DNA from: Candidatus Tepidifontimicrobium thermophilum
Lineage (GTDB): Bacteria; Sysuimicrobiota; Sysuimicrobiia; Sysuimicrobiales; Sysuimicrobiaceae
DNA: 64,000 nucleotides
Direction: 5' to 3'
Assembly: GCA_031459915.1 (NCBI GenBank)
Contig: JAVKHO010000004.1
Location: 96,001 to 160,000, forward strand
In this document: piece by piece, positions 41,686-50,222 of the stretch
Position numbering within the stretch: the stretch's first letter is position 1
Layout of the letters: every line of letters begins with the position of its first letter
The notes under the pieces: model-generated
The model's input: only the letters and a program-made list of their open reading frames with translations
What the model was told of the DNA's origin: nothing
The model's database searches: none
Program-made: the position numbers and the translations under genes

Positions 41686-42513
41686 TCAGCGCGTTCCAGA
41701 CGCCACCTGCCCGTCACGGGTCAGGGCACGGTCCCGGGCCCTGGCCGGCCCGTGCCCGAGGCCGTGCACGTACCGGCGGAACGCTCCCTCGACGGCCTCC
41801 GAGAGCACCAACCGACTCAACAGCTCGAAGTCCGCCCCCCAGGCCTCCGCGCGCTCCCGAGCAGCTTCCAGCAGGGAAGCGAAAACGCCGGGCAGCGCGT
41901 CCGCCATCTGGGCCGCGGCCTCCGCGGTGCGGTGGTCGGTCCGCACCAGCAACGCCCCCGTACCGCGGTAGAGCTCCGCCACCGCGTCCACGGCCCAGCG
42001 CTGGTCTCCGCCCAACAGCACCCACCGGGGCCGCAGGAAGTCCCGCACCGCCTGGCCCCGGCGGAGCAGCAGGGGGTTGGAGACCACGCCTGCAGGAAAG
42101 CCTTCGCCCCGACGCTCCCGCAGCCGGTCCTGCAGCCACTGGGCAGTCCCCACGGGTACGGGGGCCTGCAAGGCCAGCACGCTGCCCGGCGCCAGTCTAG
42201 CCACGAGGCTGTCCGCCCACGGCTGCCGCCGCGGGTCCGTGGCCACGCACCACAGCGCCGCCTCTAGAGGCGGATCCGCCACCAGCTCTAGCCACCCGCA
42301 GCCCAGGGCTTCGCGGAACAAGGGCTCCAACCCGGGTTCGAAGAACGGCAGGCGCCCCTGGCGTAGCGCCGCAAGCCGGGCGCGGTCAGGCTCCACCGCC
42401 AGCACGGGACGGCTGGGCCCCGCGAGACAGCTGGCCACCACCAAGCCGGATGCCTCCACCCCCACCACCACGACTCGGGTCTCGGCCACCTCGCACCTCC
42501 GCGGCAACCTCAA
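41686..42513 (-). CDS. Truncated, degenerate UDP-glucose/GDP-mannose dehydrogenase-like protein
   Basis: PFFEPGL, PVPVGT, SNPLLLRRGQAVRDF..P; canonical catalytic motifs and C-terminal domain missing. Confidence 0.65.
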   Translation of the reverse strand: MRLPRRCEVAETRVVVVGVEASGLVVASCLAGPSRPVLAVEPDRARLAALRQGRLPFFEPGLEPLFREALGCGWLELVADPPLEAALWCVATDPRRQPWADSLVARLAPGSVLALQAPVPVGTAQWLQDRLRERRGEGFPAGVVSNPLLLRRGQAVRDFLRPRWVLLGGDQRWAVDAVAELYRGTGALLVRTDHRTAEAAAQMADALPGVFASLLEAARERAEAWGADFELLSRLVLSEAVEGAFRRYVHGLGHGPARARDRALTRDGQVASGTR

Positions 42514-42532
42514 GCAAGTTCCGTGCCGCGGT

Positions 42533-43672
42533 TCAAAACGAGTCCCACACCACCTCCCCCGCCACGACCGTGAGGGCTGCCCGACCCTCCACCAGCACGC
42601 AAAGGTCCGCGCGCAGCCCCGGTCGCAGCAGCCCGCGATCCTCGAGGCGTAGGACCCGCGCGGGAGTGGTGGTGGCCATGCGGACGGCGTCCCGCAGGGG
42701 CACGCCCCACCGGGTCGCGTTGTCTACCGCTTCGTCCATCCGCAGGACGGTGCCCGCAAGGGTCCCGTCCGCCAAACGTGGAGCCTCACCGGGCAGGACC
42801 GTCGCCAGGGCTCCGCCCAGGCGGTACCGACCCGGCGCAGCCCCCGCAGCGGCCATGGCGTCGGTCACGAGCGCCATCCGTTCCGATCCCAGCAGCCGGT
42901 AGGCCAGGCGGAAGGCCGCCGGGTGCACGTGCACCCCGTCTGCCACCAACCCGCACACCCAGGCGCCGTCCTCCAGCGCGGCACCTACGACTCCCGGTTC
43001 CCGGTGGTGCAACCCCCGCATGGCGTTGAAGAGGTGGGTGACCATGCCGGCACCGGCCTCGAAGGCCTCCCGGGCCTGCTGGTAGGTGGCGTCCGAGTGG
43101 CCCACCGAGGCGACGACCCCCGCGCCCGCAAGCCACCGCACCAGCTCCAGCCCGCCCGGCTGTTCCGGAGCCACGGTGACGGCGCGCACAAGACCGCCGA
43201 GGTCAGCCACCAGCCGCCTGACGCTCGGATCGCCCGGAGGCACGATCCACCGCGGATCGTGCGCCCCGGCCCGCTTCGGGCTGATGGCCGGTCCCTCCAG
43301 GTGCAGCCCCACCGGCTGGGCACCGCCTCCCGCGCCCACGGCCACCACCTGCGCGGCTGCCCGGACAACCTCCGGGGGCGCGGTGATCAACGTGGGCAGG
43401 AAGCTGGTAGTGCCCGTGGACGCCAGGTACCGCCGTGCCGCGGCGAACTGTTCGGGGGTGCAGGAAAGGAAGTCCGCGCCGGCGGCCCCGTTCACCTGCA
43501 GGTCCACAAAGCCAGGGACCAACACCCCGTGCGGGAACTCCCGGTCGGCACGGCGTGGTGTGCCCTCCCTGACCTCTGCGATGAGCCCGTCCTCCACCAC
43601 CACGTAGCCCGGTACTAGGTCCCGGTCCGGGGCCACCACCACGCCCGCCGCGAGAACGAGGCGGCTGATCAC
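42533..43672 (-). CDS. nagA: N-acetylglucosamine-6-phosphate deacetylase
   Basis: PGFVDLQVNG, HLEGP, GHSDA, THLFNAM, DGVHV, LVTDAM. Confidence 0.94.
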   Translation of the reverse strand: MISRLVLAAGVVVAPDRDLVPGYVVVEDGLIAEVREGTPRRADREFPHGVLVPGFVDLQVNGAAGADFLSCTPEQFAAARRYLASTGTTSFLPTLITAPPEVVRAAAQVVAVGAGGGAQPVGLHLEGPAISPKRAGAHDPRWIVPPGDPSVRRLVADLGGLVRAVTVAPEQPGGLELVRWLAGAGVVASVGHSDATYQQAREAFEAGAGMVTHLFNAMRGLHHREPGVVGAALEDGAWVCGLVADGVHVHPAAFRLAYRLLGSERMALVTDAMAAAGAAPGRYRLGGALATVLPGEAPRLADGTLAGTVLRMDEAVDNATRWGVPLRDAVRMATTTPARVLRLEDRGLLRPGLRADLCVLVEGRAALTVVAGEVVWDSF

Positions 43673-43680
43673 GGCGTCTG

Positions 43681-44733
43681 TTACCAGGTGACCACGTGAA
43701 AGCCGGAGGTCTCGAACCGGTTCATGGCCTCCAGGACGTCGTTAACCTCGTCCAGGCGTATGGTGCGCGCCACCAGCCTAGCAGGCGACAGCCGGCCCGA
43801 GGCCACCAGGGCCAGCAGGCCCCGGAAGGCCCATCCCGGACAGCCCGCGCTGCCCAGCAAGCTGAGCTCCAGGAGCACCGCCCGGTCCACGGGGATGGGC
43901 ACGGAGCCCTGGTCCTCCCGGCCGGTCAGCCCCACCTGAACCACCCGGCCGCCGCGTCGGACGCAGCGCACCGCCTGCTGGATCGTCTGCGCCAGGCCCA
44001 CGGCCTCCACCGCCACGTGCGCCCCCTCCCCGTCGGCCAGGTCGCGGATACGTCGGACGGGGTCCTCGGCGGAAGCATCCACGCAGACCACCGCACCTTC
44101 CCGCGCGGCCCTCTGGAGGTTCGCTTCCCGGACGTCCACGGCCACCACCTGCGCCCCCAGGGCGGAAGCGATCTGCACCGCCGACAGCCCCACCCCTCCG
44201 GCTCCGAACACCGCCACCCACTCGCCCGGACGGACCGCGGCGCGGTTGGCCACCGCGTGGTACGCGGTGGTGTACCGACACCCCAGGCTCGCCGCGGACA
44301 CGAAGTCCACCGGTTCCGGCAGCCGTACGAGGTTAGCTTCCGCCTCGGGGACCCGAACCCGCCGTGCGAAGGCACCGTCCAAGTCCACCCCCAGCACCCC
44401 GCGCCGGGGGCAGAGGTTGGACCGGCCCCTACGGCACAGCTCGCACCGTCCGCACGCGATCCGGAAGGGCACAGTCACCCGGTCGCCGGGGCGGAAACCC
44501 TCCACCGCGTCCCCCACCGCCTCCACCACCCCCGCGAACTCGTGCCCGAGCACCAGGGGCAGCTTCGGCCGCACCCCCACCCAGCCCCAGTCTCCGCGCC
44601 ACACGTGCCAGTCGCTACGGCACACCCCGCACGCCTCCACCCGCACCACCGCGTCTGCGGGCCCGCACGCGGGCTCCGCGACCTCCCGCACTTCCAGGGG
44701 GACGCTGAACTGCACGAGGACCGCCGCCTGCAC
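43681..44733 (-). CDS. Zinc-dependent alcohol dehydrogenase
   Basis: CGVCRSD, GHEFAG, CGRCELC..G..NLC, GAGGVG. Confidence 0.93.
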   Translation of the reverse strand: MQAAVLVQFSVPLEVREVAEPACGPADAVVRVEACGVCRSDWHVWRGDWGWVGVRPKLPLVLGHEFAGVVEAVGDAVEGFRPGDRVTVPFRIACGRCELCRRGRSNLCPRRGVLGVDLDGAFARRVRVPEAEANLVRLPEPVDFVSAASLGCRYTTAYHAVANRAAVRPGEWVAVFGAGGVGLSAVQIASALGAQVVAVDVREANLQRAAREGAVVCVDASAEDPVRRIRDLADGEGAHVAVEAVGLAQTIQQAVRCVRRGGRVVQVGLTGREDQGSVPIPVDRAVLLELSLLGSAGCPGWAFRGLLALVASGRLSPARLVARTIRLDEVNDVLEAMNRFETSGFHVVTW

Positions 44734-44794
44734 CTCGAACCTCCCGAGACCCTGAAGGAGTCGCGGCCGGGTCGGCTCCGTCAGACGCCCGGGG

Positions 44795-47236
44795 TCAGGC
44801 GCCTTCCGTCACGTACACCACCCGCAGGATCTCCTCGATGGTGGTGACCCCTTCCAGCACCTTACGGATCCCGTCGTCCCGCATGGTCCGGAAGCCTTCC
44901 GAGCGGGCCACCTCCCGGATCTCGTTGGCGGAGGCGCGCCGGACCACCCGCTCCCGGATCCGGTCGCTCACCACCAGCAGCTCGTAGACCCCGGTCCGGC
45001 CCTTGTAGCCCGTCTGGCGACAGAAGTCGCAGCCGGCACCCCGGTACAGCACCAAGTCCTTCTCCTCCGCCAGCTCCTCCGACAGGCGCCGCACCGCCTC
45101 GCGGGGCGGTCGGTACGCCTCCTTGCACTTCGGGCAGATGGTCCGAGCGAGCCGCTGGGCCAGGACCCCAATCACCGACGACGTGATGAGGAACGGCTCG
45201 ATGCCCATGTCCACCAGGCGGGTGAAGGCGCTGGGGGCGTCGTTGGTGTGCAGGGTGCTGAGCACCAGGTGGCCTGTGAGGGCCGCCTGCACCGCGATCT
45301 CCGCCGTCTCCCGGTCGCGGATCTCGCCCACCATGATCACGTCCGGGTCCTGCCGGAGGATACTCCGCAGCCCCGTGGCGAAGGTGAGCCCCGCCTTGGG
45401 GTTCACCTGGACCTGGTTGATGCGCGGGAGCTGGTACTCGACGGGGTCCTCCACTGTAATGATGTTCTTGTCGAGGGTGTTGATCTTGCTCAGCGTGGCG
45501 TACAGGGTCGTGGTCTTCCCGCTGCCGGTGGGTCCGGTCACCAGGATCATCCCGTAGGGCTTGCTGGCCAGCTCCTCCCACTGGGCCTGGACGTCGCTGG
45601 CCATGCCGAGCCGGTTCAGGCTGATGAGGGCGTTGGACTGGTCGAGGATGCGCATCACCACCTTCTCCCCGAACATGGTGGGGAGGGTGGAGACGCGGAG
45701 GTCGATGTCCCGGCCGTCCACCTTCAGGTGGATCCGGCCGTCCTGAGGACGGCGCCGCTCCGCGATGTCCAGGTTCGCCACGATCTTGATGCGGGACACC
45801 AGGGCCGCCTTGAGGTTCTTCGGCGGCGACATGACGTCGTGGAGCACCCCGTCGATCCGGTAGCGGACGTGCAGCCCGTTGCGGTGGGGCTCGATGTGGA
45901 TGTCCGAAGCCCCCTCCCGGATGGCCTGGTCCAGGATCACGTTGACCAGCTTCACCACCGGGGCCTCGTCCACCATCTCCCGGAGTCGGTCGATGCTGAC
46001 CTCCTCCTCGGCCGCCGCCTCCTCCTCCGTGACCACGGCCTGGTCGAAGATGGAGCCCACGTGGTAGTACTTGTTGATCGCCTGCATCAGCTCGTCCTCG
46101 GTGGTGATGCGGGCCTCCACGTCCATCCCGGTGACGAGCCGCACGTCGTCCAAGGCCAGCAGGTTCAGGGGATCCACCAGGGCCACCAGGAGGCGGTCCC
46201 CGTTCCGGCCGAAGGCCAGCACCTTGTGACGCGAGGCGATGTGCTGGGGTACCAGCCGTACCACCTCCGGGTCCACGGGGGTGTTGCTCAGGCTCACGTA
46301 CGGGTAGCCCCACTGTACCCCGATGGCCTTCGCCAGGTCCTCCTCCGCGATCAGCCCCATGCGGACCAGGATGCGGCCCAGCCGCTCGCCGGTGCGGGCC
46401 TGGATCTCCAGGGCCTGCTGCAGCTGCGCTTCGTTCAGCAGCCCCATGCGGACCAGGATGCCGCCCAGGGCTTCCCGCCGGACCAGGGTGGGCGCACCGG
46501 GACGCGCGGCGGCTCGGGGTCCGGAAGGAGGTGCTGGGGGAGTTGAAGCCGCCGGGTCCGGCACCGGCAGGGAGGCCGCAGAAGGCGGCGCGCCTGGCTC
46601 GTGCTGCACGGGCCGCTCGAACGTCTCGCGGGCCGGCACTTCGGCGGAACTCCGTTGGGCGGTCTCGGCCTGGCCCTGGGCTAGGTGCTCGAGTGCGGCG
46701 GCAGCCTCGAAGGGCGCCTGCGCCGCCTCCGGCCTCGGGGGGACCTCCCCTACGATCGGAGCGGCTTCCCCGTGCTGCTCCTCAGCCGGTTCGGGCGCCG
46801 GCCCCGGCTCTCCCGTCGCTGGGGACGGTTGGGCGTCCAGCCCACGGGCCGGTGCCGGGTGGCCGTCCGCCCTCGCTTCCAGGGCTTCGGCGCGCTCCAG
46901 GACGCTGACTGCCTCCTGGGAAAGCCCCAGCCTCTCGTACACCTCACCCAGCGCCAGGAGGACTACCGCAGCTTCCTTCATGAAGCCCCCGGACTGGTAC
47001 AGGTCCGCGAGATCCAGATAGTGGATGGGCTCCTCCGGCGCCAGCTCGATGAGCTTTTTGTACTCCGCGATGGCCTCCTGCAGCCGGCCCGCGTGGGCGT
47101 GCCGGATGGCCTGGTGGTACCGCCACGCGCACTCCAGGGTCTGGTTGCCCGCAGGGATCCCCAAAGATGCCTTGTACTCCCGGAGGGCAGCCAGCTCGGC
47201 CTCCGCCTGCTCGGCCTTCGTCCCGCTTGCCTTCAT
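44795..47236 (-). CDS. pilB: Type IV pilus/T2SS assembly ATPase with N-terminal TPR, Pro/Ala linker and MshEN domain
   Basis: ASDIHIEP, DIAERRRPQDG, GPTGSGKTT, RQDPDVIMVGEIRD, GHLVLSTLH, two CxxC; tandem MshEN motifs 46313-46471. Confidence 0.92.
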   Translation of the reverse strand: MKASGTKAEQAEAELAALREYKASLGIPAGNQTLECAWRYHQAIRHAHAGRLQEAIAEYKKLIELAPEEPIHYLDLADLYQSGGFMKEAAVVLLALGEVYERLGLSQEAVSVLERAEALEARADGHPAPARGLDAQPSPATGEPGPAPEPAEEQHGEAAPIVGEVPPRPEAAQAPFEAAAALEHLAQGQAETAQRSSAEVPARETFERPVQHEPGAPPSAASLPVPDPAASTPPAPPSGPRAAARPGAPTLVRREALGGILVRMGLLNEAQLQQALEIQARTGERLGRILVRMGLIAEEDLAKAIGVQWGYPYVSLSNTPVDPEVVRLVPQHIASRHKVLAFGRNGDRLLVALVDPLNLLALDDVRLVTGMDVEARITTEDELMQAINKYYHVGSIFDQAVVTEEEAAAEEEVSIDRLREMVDEAPVVKLVNVILDQAIREGASDIHIEPHRNGLHVRYRIDGVLHDVMSPPKNLKAALVSRIKIVANLDIAERRRPQDGRIHLKVDGRDIDLRVSTLPTMFGEKVVMRILDQSNALISLNRLGMASDVQAQWEELASKPYGMILVTGPTGSGKTTTLYATLSKINTLDKNIITVEDPVEYQLPRINQVQVNPKAGLTFATGLRSILRQDPDVIMVGEIRDRETAEIAVQAALTGHLVLSTLHTNDAPSAFTRLVDMGIEPFLITSSVIGVLAQRLARTICPKCKEAYRPPREAVRRLSEELAEEKDLVLYRGAGCDFCRQTGYKGRTGVYELLVVSDRIRERVVRRASANEIREVARSEGFRTMRDDGIRKVLEGVTTIEEILRVVYVTEGA

Positions 47237-47475
47237 GGTCCTCTCCCGGCTCCTCGCCACCGGTGCCCCCCGGCCACCGCCGTCCTTGCTCCCAGTCTAC
47301 GCGAAGAGCAAGTATTGTACCCCGCCGCCAGCCGCCCCAGACCGCGGGCCCGGGGTTGACCGGAAAGTAGCACAGGTCCCCGGGGCCCGCAAGCCAACCC
47401 GATAGCCTGGAACGAAACTTGCTCCAACAGCCCCCTGAAGGACCTCACCGGGGCAGGAGGGAAGTGTTGACACCC

Positions 47476-49032
47476 ATGGACGCACGGTACGAGCTGGACG
47501 TGGCGGTCGTGGCGGGCCTGATGGCCGACCGACACCTGATCAGCCTGGCCCTCAACGAGGGGTTCGCGCCAGAGATGCTGGACAACCCCGTGGCCCAGCG
47601 CCTGAGCAAGGTGGTGCTGGAACTGGCCATGGCCCGCGCGGCTCCCCTGGACCAAGTGAGCGTCCGTCACGAGGTGCACGAGCGGGGACTGCTGACCCCC
47701 GAGATGGAGCGATTGCTGCAGGCGGTGCGGATGACCCGTCCGCCCTCCGCTAGCCAGATGGCCAGCTACCTGGACGCGCTCAAGGCGCGGGAGAGCCGCC
47801 GCAGGCTGGAGGCGGTCCAGCGCCGGATCCAGGACTTCCTCCGTCAGGGGGAACGCGCGGGCTCCCGGGACCTGGTCCGGTTCGTGGGCGAGGTGGTGGG
47901 GGAGCTGTTCGAGGTCCAGAAGCGGCGCCTGCGCCAGCGCCTGGTCCCCGTCGGGGACCTGGTGGCCGAGCTCATCGAGAACGTCCAGAATCCCTCCGCG
48001 GGAGGCCTGCTGGGGTACTCCATCTCGCCCTTCGATCGGCTGAACCGGGTGCTCTCAGGGCTCCGGCCGGGCTTCTACTACGGGCTGGCCGGGGCTCCCC
48101 GGCGGGGCAAGACCAACCTGGCGTTGCAGCTGGCCAGCTACGTGGCCCGCAATCACCGCATCCCCGTCCTCTTCTACTCGTGGGAGCAGACGGCAAAGGT
48201 GTTGGCTGCACGGCTTCTGGCCAAGGAGATGCTGGTGAGCCCGGCGGACATCCTGGCGGGGACCGTGGACCGTTCCCCGCTCAGCCTGTCGAAGCTGCGG
48301 GCCGCGGAGGAAGAGGTGTACCGGTTCGCGCCCTACCTGTACCTGGTGGAGGCCGGGCGGAGGGACACCCTGGACCGGATCAAGGCCCACGCCTACAACG
48401 TGATGCAGGAGCACGACACCGACCGGATCCTCGTCTGCCTGGACTACCTGCAGAAGATCCCCCTGGACGAGCCCATCGCGGACGACAAGGCCCGTACGGA
48501 CCTGATCTCCTCACAGCTGGCGGAACTCAGCCTGGAGCTGCGGGCCCCGATTCTGGCTATCTCGCCCCTGGACAAGGAGGGCTGCCGGCTGGACGAGCGG
48601 CCTGCGGAGGACGACGGGGAGTCGGAGCTGTACGAGCGGCCCACCATGCACCACAGCGTGGGCTCAGGCGACCTGGAGTACGACCTGGACGTGGCCATGG
48701 TGCTGGTCAAGGACTGGAAGGCGACCCGGGACCTGCGGGATTACCTGGAGTCCAAGGCCCGGCAGGAGGGGCTGGACCCCGAAGAACTCCCCAGGATCGA
48801 CATCCTCAACCTGTTCATCGACAAGAACCGGGACGCCCCGGAAGCAGAGTCCAACATCGTGCAGTTCGCCTTCTTCATCACCCTGAACAAGTTCGTGGAG
48901 CTGGGCTACAAGCACGAGAAGGAGTACCGGGGCGACTTCCGGGGCTTCTCGAAGGTGGTGGAGATCTACAGCCAGCTCAAGGAGGCCGGGTTGCTGCACG
49001 CACCTCCGGAAGCCCTGGTGGCGGGCAGCTAG
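47476..49032 (+). CDS. Divergent DnaB-like (SF4/RecA-fold) helicase
   Basis: FDRLNRVLSGL, GAPRRGKT, FYSWEQ, LDYLQKI, ISPL, SGDLEYDLD, KNRD; N-terminal helical domain. Confidence 0.8.
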   Translation: MDARYELDVAVVAGLMADRHLISLALNEGFAPEMLDNPVAQRLSKVVLELAMARAAPLDQVSVRHEVHERGLLTPEMERLLQAVRMTRPPSASQMASYLDALKARESRRRLEAVQRRIQDFLRQGERAGSRDLVRFVGEVVGELFEVQKRRLRQRLVPVGDLVAELIENVQNPSAGGLLGYSISPFDRLNRVLSGLRPGFYYGLAGAPRRGKTNLALQLASYVARNHRIPVLFYSWEQTAKVLAARLLAKEMLVSPADILAGTVDRSPLSLSKLRAAEEEVYRFAPYLYLVEAGRRDTLDRIKAHAYNVMQEHDTDRILVCLDYLQKIPLDEPIADDKARTDLISSQLAELSLELRAPILAISPLDKEGCRLDERPAEDDGESELYERPTMHHSVGSGDLEYDLDVAMVLVKDWKATRDLRDYLESKARQEGLDPEELPRIDILNLFIDKNRDAPEAESNIVQFAFFITLNKFVELGYKHEKEYRGDFRGFSKVVEIYSQLKEAGLLHAPPEALVAGS

Positions 49033-49056
49033 ACCGTGTACGGGGAGGTCTGAGGG

Positions 49057-50205
49057 ATGAACATCGAGCAGCTGCTGAAGGAAGTGGTGGACCGCCAGGG
49101 GTCCGACCTGCACCTCACGGCAGGGGTCCCCCCTATCATGCGGGTGTGGGGCAAGCTGACCCCCCTTGCGGGCTACCCGGTGCTGACCCCGGAGGACACC
49201 TACCAGTTGGCCTACAGCATGCTCAACACCCTGCAGAAGCAGAAGTTCGAGAAGAACTGGGAGCTGGACCTGTCCTACGGGGTGCCCGGGCTCGGGCGGT
49301 TCCGGGTGAACGTGTACCGGCAGCGGGGGGCGGTGGGGGTGGCCATCCGGGTGATCCCCCACGAGGTCCCGCGCTTGGAGGACCTGAACCTCCCCAGTGT
49401 CCTGGTGGAACTCACCCGCAAGCCCCGGGGGTTGATCCTGGTCACGGGGCCCACGGGCCAGGGCAAGTCCACCACCCTGGCGGCCATGATCAACCAGATC
49501 AACGAAGAGCGCAGCTGCCACATCGTCACCATCGAGGACCCCATCGAGTACCTGCACGAGCACAAGCGCAGCGTGATCAACCAGCGGGAGCTGGGCTTCG
49601 ACACCCAGTCCTTTCCCAACGCCCTGCGGGCCGCCCTCCGGGAGGACCCGGACGTGGTCCTCATCGGCGAGATGCGGGACCTGGAGACCATCGCGGCGGC
49701 GCTCACCATCGCGGAGACCGGCCACCTGGTGTTCGCCACCCTGCACACCGCCAACGCCGCCCAGTCCGTGGACCGCATCATCGACGTGTTCCCGCCCCAC
49801 CAGCAGCAGCAGGTGCGGGTGCAGCTGAGCTCGGTGCTGGAGGCCGTCATCAGCCAGATCCTCCTGCCCAACCAGCTGTTCCTACGGCGCTTCGGAAGCC
49901 AGGAGAGCTACGCGGCGGCCCGCCGGGCCGGCGCGGTGGCCACCCTGCGGCGGACGTGGCCCACCCTGGAGGAGATCGGCCGGGTGCCCGCGGTGGAGGT
50001 CATGATCGCCACCCCCGCCATCCGCAACCTCATCCGGGAGGGGAAGACCCACCAGATCGAGTCCGCCATCCAGACGGGTGCGGAGTGGGGGATGCAGACC
50101 ATGGACCAGTCCCTGCGGGACCTGTACCAGCGGGGCCTGATCTCCTTCGAGGACGCCATCGGGAAGGCCATTCATCCGGACGAGCTCCGCAAGATGATCG
50201 CCTGA
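49057..50205 (+). CDS. pilT: Type IV pilus retraction ATPase
   Basis: GSDLHL, GPTGQGKSTT, ALREDPDV, AIRNLIRE, GMQTMD. Confidence 0.96.
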   Translation: MNIEQLLKEVVDRQGSDLHLTAGVPPIMRVWGKLTPLAGYPVLTPEDTYQLAYSMLNTLQKQKFEKNWELDLSYGVPGLGRFRVNVYRQRGAVGVAIRVIPHEVPRLEDLNLPSVLVELTRKPRGLILVTGPTGQGKSTTLAAMINQINEERSCHIVTIEDPIEYLHEHKRSVINQRELGFDTQSFPNALRAALREDPDVVLIGEMRDLETIAAALTIAETGHLVFATLHTANAAQSVDRIIDVFPPHQQQQVRVQLSSVLEAVISQILLPNQLFLRRFGSQESYAAARRAGAVATLRRTWPTLEEIGRVPAVEVMIATPAIRNLIREGKTHQIESAIQTGAEWGMQTMDQSLRDLYQRGLISFEDAIGKAIHPDELRKMIA

Positions 50206-50222
50206 AACGGAGGAGGGTAGTT

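Noticed and set aside
41638..42267. + strand ORF as the gene controlled by the c-di-GMP riboswitch
   Set aside because: Almost fully antisense to the ugd-like gene, no clear RBS and no recognisable motifs; a short peptide cannot be fully excluded
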